Positions 40,491 to 51,968 of a DNA stretch of 64,000 nucleotides are shown one piece after another. Origin of the DNA: Heptranchias perlo (Eukaryota); contig NC_090340.1 in the NCBI RefSeq assembly GCF_035084215.1, positions 5,704,001 through 5,768,000 of the forward strand, given 5' to 3'. The first letter of the stretch is position 1. Every line of letters begins with the position of its first letter. The notes below the pieces were generated by a model that had not been told where the DNA came from, ran no database searches, and was given only the letters and a program-made list of their open reading frames with translations. A program made the translations under genes and the position numbers.

Positions 40491-43400
40491 CTATTCATTC
40501 ATAGAATGTAAGCGTCGCTGGGAACGCCAGCATTTATTGTCCATCATTAATTGCCATTTTGAAGGTGGTGGTGAGCCGCCTTCTTGAACCGCTGCAGTCC
40601 GTGTGGTCAAGGTTCTCCCACACTGCTATTAGGTAGGGAGTTTCAGGATTTTAACCCAGCAATGATGAACGAACGGCTATATATTTCCAAGTCAGGATGG
40701 TGTGTGACTTGGAGGGGAACCTGCATGGGGTGTTCCCATGTACCTGCTGCCCTTGGCCTTCTAGGTGGTAGAGGTCCCGGGTTTGGGAGGCGCTGTCGAA
40801 GAAGTCTTGGCGAGTTGCTGCAGTGTATATTGCACATGCTGACACTGCAGCCACGTTGCGCTGGTGGTGGAGGGAGTGAATGTTTAAGGTGGTGGATGGG
40901 ATACCAATCAGGCGGGCTACTTTGTCCTGGATGGTGTCGATCTTCTTGAGTATTGTTGGAGCTGCACTCATCCACACACGTGGAGAGTATTCTAACACAA
41001 TCCTGACTTGTGCCTGGTAGATGGTGGAAAGGCTCTGGGGAGTCAGGAGGTGAGTCACTCGCCGCTAACTACCCAGCCTCTGACCTGCTCTTGTAGTCAC
41101 AGTAATTATGTGGCTGGTCCAGTTAATTTTCTGGTCAATGTTGACTCCCCACCCCCCCACCCCACGCACACACACACATACGATGTTGATGGTGGGAGAT
41201 ACGGCGATTCTAATGCCGTTGAATTTAAAGGGGAGGTGGTTAGACGCTCTCCTATTGGAGATGGTCATTGCCTGCCATTTGTTTGGCACGATTGTTACCT
41301 GCCACTTATCAGCCCAAGTCTGAATGTTGTCCGGGCCTTGTTGAATGCCGACACGGACTGCTTCATTATCTGAGGGGTTGCGAATGGAACTGAACACTGT
41401 GCAATCGTTAGCAAACAACCCCATTTCTGACCTTATGATGGAGGGAAGGTCATTGATAAAGCAGCTGAAGATGATTCGGCCTAGGACACTGCCTTGTGGT
41501 ACTCCTGCAGCAATGTCCTGGTGCTGAGATGATTGGCGTGCAACACCCACTACCATCTTCCTTTTTGCCAGGTCTGGCTCTAGCCACAGGAGAGTTTTCT
41601 CCCTGATTCCCATTGACTTGTAGTGCCACACAGCACGATGGATTGTGCCCTCTGTGTGATGACGGGTCTCCGTCTCCCATGAGGTATATGCAGTGGTCAC
41701 TCCTACCAAAACTCTCATGGGCAGATGCATCTGCGACAGTTAGATTGGTGAGGACGAGGTCAAGTAGGCTTCAACCTCGTGTTGGTTCTCTCACCACCTG
41801 TCGTAGTCCCCGCCTGGCAGTTATGTCCTGCAGGACTCGGCCAGGTCGGTCAGTAGTGGTGCATCCGAGCCACTATTGGTGATGAACATTGAAGAATCCC
41901 ACCAGAGTGCATTCTGTGCCCTTGCTACCCTCAGTGCTTCCTCCAAGTGGTGTTCAACTTCAAGGAGGACTGATTCATCAGCTGAGGGAGGGAGGGAAGT
42001 GGTAATCAATAGGAAATTTCCTTGCCCATGTTTGACCTGATGCCATTCGACTTCCTGGGGTCTGGAGTCAATGTTGAGAACTCCCAGGGCCACTCCCTCC
42101 TGACTGTGTACCATTGTGCCGCCACCTCTGGTGGTTCCGTACTCCCAGTGGGACAGTACATACCCAGGGATGGTGATGGCGCTGACTGGGTTGTTAGCTG
42201 AAAGATATGATTCTGTGAGTATGTCTATGTCAGGCTATTGCTTGACTAATCTATGGGACAGCTCTCCCAATTTTGGCATAAATCCCAGATGTTAGCGAGG
42301 AGGTCTTTACAGGGTCGAATGCACTTGTTTTGCCTTTGTCGTGTCCGGTGCTCAGTGGTCCGATTCCGGATGGTCCTCCCGGTTTTATTATTATCATGTC
42401 TTTTTGTAGCAGAATTTTACAACTTATTTTTATTCGTTCATGGGATGTGGGCACCGCTGGCGAGGCCTGCATTTATTGCGCATCCCTAATTGCCCTTGAG
42501 AATGTGGTGGTGAGCTGCCTTCTTGAACAGCCACCGTCCGTGTGGTGAGGGATTCCCCACAGTGCTGTTAGGAAGTGAGTTCCAGGATTTTGACCCAGCG
42601 ACGATGAAGGAACGGCGATATATTTCCAAGTCGGGATGGTGTGAGACTTGGAGGGGAAAGTGTAGGTGGTGATGTTCCCATGTACCTGCTGCTCTTGTCT
42701 TTCTAGGTGGTAGAGGTCGCGGATTTGGGAGGTGCTGTCGAAGAAGCCTTGGCGAGTTGCTGCATTGCATCCTGTGAATGGTACACACTGCAGCGACAGT
42801 GCGCCGGTGGTGAAGGGAGTCAATATTTCGGGTGGTGGATGAGGTGTCAATCAAGCGTGCTGCTTTGTCCGGAATGGTGTCGAGATTCTTGAGTGTTGTT
42901 GGAGCTGCACTCATCAAGGCAAGTGAAGAGTATTCCTCTCCTGACTTGTGCCTTGTAGATGGTGCAAAGCCTTTAGGAGTCAGGAGGTGAGTCACTCACC
43001 GCAGAATACCCAACCTCTGACCTGTTCTTGTAGCCAAAGTATTTGTATGGCTGGTCTAGTTAAGTTTCTGGTCAATCTTGACCCCCAGGATGTTGATGGT
43101 GGTGGATTCGGCGATAGTAATGCCGTTGAATGTCAAGTGGAGGTGGTTAGACTCTCTCTTGTTGGAGATGGTAATTGCCTGGCAATTGTCTGGCGTGAAT
43201 GTTACTTGCCACTTATCAGCCCAAGCCTGGATGTAGCCCAGGTCTTGCTGCATGCGGGCTCGGACTGCTTCATTATTTGAGGGGTTGCGAATGGAACTGA
43301 ACATTGTGCAATCATCAGTGAACATCCCCATTTCTGACCTTATGATGGAGGGAAGGTCATTGATGAAGGAGCTGAAGATGGTTGGGCCTAGGACACTGCC

Positions 43401-43883
43401 CTGAGGAACTCGTGCAGCAATGTCCTGGTGCTGAGCGGATTGGCCTCCAACAACTTCTACCATCTTACTATATGCCAGGTATGACTCCAGCCACTGGAGA
43501 GTTTTCCCCCTGATTCCCATTGACTTCAATCTTACACGGGCTCCTTGGTGCCACACTCGGCCAAATGCTGCTTTGATGTGAAGGGCAGTCACTCTCACCT
43601 CACCTCTGGAATTCAGCTCCTTTGTCCATGTTTGGACCAAGGCTGTAATGAGGTCTGGAGCCGAGTGGCCCTGGCGGATCCCAAACTGAGCATCGGTGAG
43701 CACGTTATTGCTGAGTAAGTGACGCTTGATAGCACTGTCGACGACACCTTCCATCACTTTGCTGATAATTGAGATTAGACTGATGGGACGGTAATTGGCT
43801 GGATTGGATTCGTCCTGCTTTTTGTGGAATTAGTGGCTTGCTAGGTCTTTTCAGAGGGCATTTAAGAATCAACCATATTGCTG
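40490..43883 (-). mobile_element. Older copy of the tRNA-headed LINE (40490-42424 + 43830-43883), with a ~1.1 kb internal deletion at ~41619 and interrupted by a second copy
   Basis: Collinear with 51905-54955 except the jump cattgactt|gtagtgccaca; leader remnant tagtggcttgctagg...aatcaacc at 43830-43883. Confidence 0.88.
42425..43829 (-). mobile_element. 5'-truncated copy of the tRNA-headed LINE nested in the previous copy
   Basis: Own 3' tail (tattcgttcatgggatgtgggc) at 42431; RT ORF 43056-43757; truncated at gtcctgctttttgtgga. Confidence 0.9.
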
Positions 43884-44649
43884 TCTATCTATCGATCCAT
43901 CTATATATATATATATATATATATAATTTAGAAATTGTAAGAAATCATGAGCCAGAAAGATGATTGTCCAGATGTTGATCTTTAAAGTATAGGATTGCAA
44001 CATGATAGCACAGGCATTGTTATCGCATTCGATTTATTTTTCTTCTTTTAAGAGTTTGCCTGTTTATGTATTATGTACCACCCATTGTAAATTAACTAGG
44101 AAGTAGTTTATACAAGAGTAGCTTGGGTGAAGATATACATTTGGAATGTGGAGTGTGAAGGACTCCACATTTTCCACATTGGAGAAAGAGTTCGAAATCC
44201 CCACCAAAGATATTATGAATTTTATGAGGCTTTTGAACGTGGAGCAAGAACGAAAATTCAGAGCTTTGATTTGGGAGTTGCAGAATATAGGTGCGCAATG
44301 CTTGGTTTGTACCAAGATGGTACAATGAAGGGATGGGGCAATTTATTGTTAACTAAATCTGGAAGCTCTGAGAATATTAGCACAGACGAAGGGTTCAGGG
44401 AGATTCCCGAGGTAAGGAAGAGGGGAGTGATGGGCCGATTTTCCAGCCAGTAGAAGAATCGTAAATTCGATGCAATGAGGATTGAGGAACCAATGGAGGA
44501 AAGCAACGACATGGTAATAAGTGGCTGCATTTTTTATTTGATAGGATGAGAGCAGCAGACGTCTCGATAAATAGTGGCTTACGTGGAGTCGAGGTCAAGT
44601 CACAGAGAGGATCATTGGGAAAGTGGAGCCTGGAAGTCATAAAGGCATA

Positions 44650-45612
44650 CCATCTTCAGCTGCTTCATCAATGACCTTCCCTCCATCATAAGGTCAGAAA
44701 TGGGGATGTTCGCTGATGACTGCACAGTGTTCAGTTCCATTCGCAACCCCTAAAATAAAGAAGCAGTCCGGGCCCGCATGCAGCAAGACCTGGACAACAT
44801 CCAGGCTTGGGCTGATAAGTGGCAAGTAACATTCACGCCAGACAATTGCCAGGCAATGACCATCTCCAACAAGAGAGAGTCTAACCACCTCCCCTTGACA
44901 TTCAACACCATTACCATCGCCGAATCCCCCACCATCAACATCCTGCGGGTCACCATTGACCAGAAACTTAACTGGACCAGCCACATAAATACTGTGTCTA
45001 CCAGAGCAGGTCAGAGGCTGGGTATTCTGCGGCGAGTGACTCACCTCCTGACTCCTCAAAGCCTTTCCACCATATACAAGGCACAAGTCAAGAGTGTGAT
45101 GGAATACTCTCCACTTGCTTGGATGAGTGCAGCTCCAACAACACTCAAGAAGCTCGACACCATCCAAGATAAAGCAGCCCGCTTTATTGGCACCCCATCC
45201 ACCACCCTAAACATTCACTCCCTTCACCACCGGCGCACTGTGGCTGCAGTGTGTACCATCCACAGGATGCACTGCAGCAACTCGCCAAGGCTTCTTCGAC
45301 AGCACCTCCCAAACCCGCGACCTATACCACCTACAAGGACAAGAGCAGCAGGCACATGGGAACAACACCTGCACGTTCCCCTCCAAGTCACACACCATCC
45401 CGACTTGGATATATATCGCCGTTCCTTCATCGTCGCTGGGTCAAAATCCTGGAACTCCCTTCCTAACAGCACTGTGGGAGAACCGTCACCACACGGACTG
45501 CAGCGGTTCAAAAAGGCGGCTCACCACCACCTTTTCAAGGCCAATTAAGGATGGGCAATAAATGCTGGCCTCGCCAGCGACGCCCACATCCTGTGAACGA
45601 ATAAAAAAAAAA
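44650..45612 (+). mobile_element. 3' fragment of the tRNA-headed LINE family with A-rich tail
   Basis: ORF 44778-45548 near-identical to the C-terminus of 51969-54032; ends gaacgaataaaaaaaaaa. Confidence 0.93.
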
Positions 45613-47489
45613 TGACGTTTTCGGCAGCAATGGTGATCAGGTGTCGTAGGCTAGAGGTGGAAGTAGGCAGGCTTGGTGTTTGACTGAATGTGGAGTTTAA
45701 AGCGAAGTTCGTGGCCGGACAAGAAACTGAGTTATGCCACATAGGGTTGACTGTGACTGCGAAGCCAAGCTGCGGAGTAGGATCAGGGACAAATGCATGG
45801 ATTCTCTGGACGGAACAAAACGTAATGACTTTTGCCTTTCCAGTGTTGAATTGTGGAACGATTTGGCTCTGCCACGGCTTAGTATCAGTTGGACAAAGAG
45901 TCGGACAACATAGTGACATTCGGGGAATCAAGAGTGTGTGGTGGCGAGTTAAATATTTTATACTCAGCATAACAAGGAAGGTTGACCTCATGCTTATAGC
46001 TAATTTCTTTAATGAGCACCAAGATAAGAAACAGGGAGGAGGTCAAAAATGCATCCTTCGATCGCACTGCAGAAAGCCGGGCAGATATGGGAAGAAATGC
46101 TACTGCAGGACACGTATTCCTCCTTCAATGTCTCTGCTTATCTCTTACATTTCTCTCTCTCCTCCTGCTCTGTCCCACCCACCTTGCTAGGTGCCTTGGG
46201 ATGTTTGCTTCAGTAAACTGCTAAACAAGTGGACGTTGTTGAAAAGGGGATTATATTTACTTGTTTGAAAATTTCATTTGAAAAATAATAGAAACACTTT
46301 AAACTTACATCAATAACTTGGCAGCAATTTCCACTGTTTATGCCTGCACCTGCACCGGAATCAAAACCACGCTCCTGGTAACTCATCAGCTTCATGTTTC
46401 AGAATTTCAATGTTAGCAAAGATCCAAATATCCTATTGCCCTTTTTGTTCGCACTAAAATGTGGTTGGGACTTGGTCACGAATGGCGGGAAGACGGCCCA
46501 TGAGTAGTTTCACCCATAGGCAGAATTTAATTTCCTTGTCCAGTCTGTCCCCAGTTGGCATTAGTATTGTACTGTGCTTAGCCGCGTACCCAGAAGTTAC
46601 TGGATACAGCACTTCACCATCCATCACACTCTGCCAGGCTGGCGAGGGTTCTGCCAATGGTTGTTTGTATGCGGGTTCAGGCTTCCATTCATCGCTGGCT
46701 ATTTTTTTTATTGTTATGATGGACCCCTCCCCACGAAATGAAAAACAATTCCTTACTATGTTTAAGTGCCTCCAGATAATTCAAAAAAACACCTGGACAA
46801 CTATGCATCTAGTTTCACGCTGAGATGGAATTGTATTACACCAAGTAATGTGACTCAACTCATTGCATTGGTCCCCGGAATTTTAATTTGCAGTTCTGGC
46901 CAACCAAAATGTCACTTATTCTCCCACCTTTGTATCAAATTACATCTTAAATCGCTTTGAACCGATATAACAGTGGTCATTAATGGTGACTGAATTATTT
47001 CACTGATGTTGCAACTTATAAGGCATGGATGCAATATTTTTCTATATAGTATGGTGTGTTTAAGTAATGCTATGTTTTCTATTGTAATAATTTGAAATAT
47101 TAATCTGAAACTCGTCTGTATATTCAGGTTAACTTGAAAGATTTCATAACACCATTGGAAGAAGCATAAAGAGTTCTCCCAGGTTCCTGTCCTTAACCTC
47201 CCTCCATCAATACTGCCAAAAGCAGGCATCTGTCTCATTTGTTACTTATTTAAAAAGTATTCTATGGTTGTAAGGGCTCGCTATGATGTCCCGAGAACGT
47301 GAAAGGCGCTGTACGAATGGGGAATTCCTTCTTTCTAAGGGCAATTGCGTGTGGTTACGAATTCATTATTTTCTTTCAATTTATTTGAACCGATGATTGG
47401 AAGCAAACTGCTCTGATTTTGGTAGCAAAATAATCCCGGAAGAATAAGGGGAGATCTACAATTATTTTCCCTTTGTTTTTGCTTCGCAG

Positions 47490-47672
47490 AACAAACAAGA
47501 GAAGGCTGAGGGGAACATGACCTACGCCGTTCTAGATTTAACTGGCCTAAAGAAAACTGCAAAACCAATAATTAAAAAGCAGAATACGATGGATGCTCTG
47601 GTTCAGCCGAGGAAAGAAAGTGGAGAACATCATATTATTTATTCAGTACCAATTTTCAGTGGACAAAAGTGA
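47490..47672 (+). CDS. Receptor gene A exon 6: terminal cytoplasmic exon with ITIM-like MTYAVL and IIYSVP
   Basis: ttttgcttcgcag| phase-0 acceptor; NKQEKAEGNMTYAVLDLTGLKKTAKP...IIYSVPIFSGQK*; homologous to the exons at 59583-60811. Confidence 0.8.
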   Translation, partial: NKQEKAEGNMTYAVLDLTGLKKTAKPIIKKQNTMDALVQPRKESGEHHIIYSVPIFSGQK

Positions 47673-48687
47673 GACAACAGCTAATACTGAAGAGATGGTA
47701 ATTTGCGAGAAACATATAAATATTCTCGCTTACTGTATGTACAGTGTGCACAGTAGGCACTTTACTGATGTATCTTATTACAGCGAGTGTAACGTGCAAT
47801 AGAATTGAAAACTGTAACCGATTTCTCTTCTAATATGCAATTAATTTTAAAACGGAAAATATAGAGCCCAAGTGAATATCAGTGTGATGTACCTCGGACT
47901 TTCTGTTTAGCGAGTCTTGAATTTTAAAACTTATTCCGCGCAATTAATCCTATTTGCTTTGTAGTGTTACCGTGCATTTCTCGAATAATTGTATTGATAA
48001 TGAATGACCGTAAGGTAACTAAAGTAAAACTGGGTCTTAAGAAAGATTTTCTTTCGGAAATTATGTTTTGGTATATATCCTTACTAATACAAGTATATTA
48101 AACCGAGATCCCATCTGCTTGTATGGGATGATGTTCAAGTTATTATCGCACGATTCAATCACGAGCAAGGAGTACTCCCAATGTCCCGACCAACATGCAG
48201 TTACCAATGCTTGTGGTATTGAGATGTGGACGAAATGGCGCCGGGTCTGTCTGCAGTGAAAGTACTCTGGGATATTCATTAGCCCTGACTACTTTGCGAT
48301 GATCCATTTTACGGATATGTGAGGGAGATTTAATCTGGTCGGCATTTTAGTTAGATTGCAAACATCATATTATTTCCACTGACTCCTATTTCGAGAGAAA
48401 TTGTAATCACGTCGGTTCAGAATTCCTTTACAATTTCGTTAGTTATAGGGAACATAGGAAATCTCCCCTGAGGGGTTCGTTATTGATGGAGTAATCGACA
48501 AAATTAGCAATACAATATCAACAATCTTAAGGATTGAGATGCTGCTGGCCGCAAGTTAATCTGCTTGATCATATTTCACTTGTATTAAATTACGTTTACT
48601 TTTGACCATGTTATTTTATGCATGAGTTTTGATAAATTACGTCCAACGTATTTTCAGCAATCAGCGTTAAGCCTGTATCGGGAGACT

Positions 48688-49640
48688 TATAAGAACATAA
48701 GAACATAAGAAATAGGAGCAGGAGTAGGCCAATCGGCCCCTCGAGCCTGATCCGCCATTCAATAAGATCATGGCTGATCTGATCCTAACCTCAAATCTAA
48801 ATTCATGTCCAATTTCCTGCCCGCTCCCCGTAAACGCTAATTCCCTTCATTTCTAGGAAACTGTCTATTTCTGTTTTAAATTTATTTAATGATGTAGCTT
48901 CCACAGCTTCCTGGGGCAGCAAATTCCACAGACCTAGTACCCTCTGAGTGAAGAAGTTTCTCCTCATCTCAGTTTTGAAAGTGCAGCCCCTTATTCTAAG
49001 ATTATGCCCCCTAGTTCTACTTTCACCCATCCTTGGGAACATCCTTACCGCATCCACCCGATCAAGCCCCTTCACAATCTTACATGTTTCAATAAGATCG
49101 CCTCTCATTCTTCTGAACTCCAATGAGTAGAGTCCCAACCTACTCAACCTCTCCTCATACGTCCGCCCCCTGACCCCCGGGATTAACCGAGTGAACCTTC
49201 TATGTACTGCCTCGAGACCAAGTATGTATTTTCTTAAGTATGGACACCAAAACTGTATGCAGTATTCCAGGTGCGGTCTCACCAATACCTTATATAACTG
49301 CAGCAATAGCTCCCTGTTTTTATATTATATCCCCCTAGCAATAAAAGCCAACATTCCATTGGCCTTCTTGATCACCTGCTGCACCTGCATACTAACTTTT
49401 TGATTTTCTTGCACTAGGACCCCCAGATCCCTTAGAACTGCAGTACTTTCTAGTTTCTCGCCATTAAGATAATAACTTGCTCTCTGATTTTTCCTGCCAA
49501 AGTGCATAACCTCACATTTTCCAACATTGTATTGCATCTGCCAAATCTCCGCCCACTCACCCAGCCTGTCTCTATCCCCTTGTACGTTTTTATGTCCTCC
49601 TCACTCTCTACTTACCCTCCCATCTTTGTATCATCAGCAT
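48688..49640 (-). mobile_element. CR1 3' fragment
   Basis: LVRPHLEYCIQFWCPYLRK; (cataagaa)n tail. Confidence 0.92.
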
Positions 49641-50129
49641 TATTGCACCAGCATTCGTGACTGAGGGCTCTGTTCATTCTCTAGATTTTAGAAAATGCAA
49701 TTTTCGATTAAGCAAGCATGTTGGAGATTGGTTTGTGGAGAAGGCAAAGTTAATGACGTGTTCACTCCGTTGAATCTATAGGAAGAAATACCATTCGTTC
49801 CGTCAATAGGTGACACATTTAGCCGATACGTCCCAGCGTGAGCTACGAGACCCACAAGGGTGGCGGGCTGACTGAACTAATATCTTCAACCTCCAGTGAG
49901 CCTGCCAATTCATCAGAAAGTATGGGTTAGATTTTTGTCTTTATCACCCGAGCGTTAATGATCGCCTTGGCAGTGCTTAGAAAGGAAAATCTGAAGGGAT
50001 AGAAACCGACGCACGAAACAGAACGCACCAGATATTCCCCTCTGTGCACCATCGGTAAAGACAACAATTTACCCCTGTATTCACCTGCATTAATTCTCAC
50101 AGACTGACTGATGTTTATGAGCATACAAA

Positions 50130-50870
50130 CAAACATACGACAATGACAGGCAGGATTAGACCCATATTGCATCCAGCTTGTCCCACAGAACTGTAATGAC
50201 TTATGCATCACGATACATACCCTTCCCACCCCACCGGACGAGACGAAAAACCAGATAAAAACCTAAGTTAATTACGGGGAAAAAATAAGGAAAATTCCTC
50301 TCTGACACTCCTGCCCCTCACCGCCTTGGGCGATCGAACCTACTCCAGAAGACCATCCTGAACCTGATTAACGTTATGAAGTTCCTACCTGTTCTACAAG
50401 ATGATCGCAACCCAGCGAGAAACAGGTCGCTTGAAGGAATTCAGCAAATCAGCGTTTACCAAATTAGCCGGCAGCTTGGACCACAGGTTTATTATTTTCT
50501 GGGAAACGAATCACCCCCTAACATATAACCTAGCCCTGGCCTTACATAACTTGAGATCGTGACCCCCTGTTCCTCGCCGACCAAGTTAACTGAAACAAAC
50601 TGTCTACACAAACACAATCATCATCTTATACACCTCGATCAAATTGCTCCAAAGTCGAACCTTCTCTAAAGTGTAGAGTCCCAGCTCCTTGAAACTATTT
50701 GGGTAACAAAGATGCTTCAAACTGGGTACTAATCTAATGGCACTTCTCTGATTTAACGTCGCCCACCATTAGAGGAAACGACAGCTGGTCACAGTATTCT
50801 AATTGAGGCCTAACCAAGGTCCTGCACAAAGACAAAACAGTATACTTTTCTTACAGTCAATTGTCCTGTC
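50130..50870 (-). mobile_element. Decayed CR1-like LINE 3' region (different family)
   Basis: Residual cagtattctaattgaggcctaaccaagg (LVRPQLEYC-like antisense) and catacaaacaaacatacga tail. Confidence 0.5.
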
Positions 50871-51019
50871 AATAAAACGAGCCTGTGCCAATATATGGGG
50901 ACAAGTTAAACATAAAACAAGTTGCTTTCCGCTGTATTTACGCACTTCAATGCGTTTCTTTGGTATTAAGCAACCTAAGATCAGTACCGCTTTATAAATG
51001 GTCCCATCCGCCAAAACAA

Positions 51020-51400
51020 ACTGCAGTTGTGGTGTAATGGGTAACATATTAACATGGATATAGGATTGGTTAGCTAACAGAGAACAGAGCGTATGAATAA
51101 ATAGGTCATTTTCAGGTTGGCAAGATATAATGAGTGGAGCGTCACGGGGATCAATGCTTGGGCCTCAACGGTTTACAATCTATATCAATGAATTGGATGA
51201 AGGGACAGAATGTATGGTTGCAAAATTTGCTGATGACACAAAGTAGGTAGGAAAGTAAATTGTGAAGAGGGCATAAGGGATATAGATAGGTTTAGTGAGT
51301 GGGCAAAAAAATTGGCAGATGGAGTATAATGTGGGAAAATGTGAACGTGTCCACTTTGGCAGGAGGAATAGAAAAGCATTATGTTATTTGAATGGAGAGA
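51020..51400 (+). mobile_element. CR1 RT fragment
   Basis: aaatttgctgatgacacaaag, tggcagatggagtataatgtgggaaaatgtga. Confidence 0.8.
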
Positions 51401-51968
51401 GCCCTTTTTTCTATTTGGTTATATTTTTTAAGTATTATTGATAAAAAAAAACATTAATGCATGACTTTGCAATGGAGACTGAACTAAGTCTGCACGTCCT
51501 AATTGCTCTCTGCTCCTCACTCTCCTGGAGATAAAATAATGCATTGTAAAAATAACTTTCTAAATTTGTGTTTTTAGCACCTTTTCTGATTGTGGGATCA
51601 CGCACATTGGAGGAAGAGCGCATCCTATGGCTGGCGGTAGAAATCGGAAGCAGGACAAAACGGAGGCACCTATCCGGCTGAATGGTATTACCAGAGGTGA
51701 ATTTGCATTTTCTGCTGAAATTTACCCCCAAGGCAGAAATCTCAATATATAAAGCTGCAGAGTTGAGACTAGACGATTGAAGTTTAGGGCAACTGGGATC
51801 CTTTCGCTGCTAAGAAAAAACGGGAAAATCGCGGCAAAGAGGCCAAGGAAAATGGGGTAGATAATAAACATGCATTCTTGATACTGAACTTCGGAGGAAG
51901 TATTTTTTTTTATTATTCGTTCACGGGATGTGGGCGTCGCTGGCAAGGCCAGCATTTATTGCCCATCC

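Noticed and set aside
43826-43883. Apparent leader-to-RT internal deletion derivative
   Set aside because: Better explained as a nested insertion: the fragment continues the copy broken at 42424.
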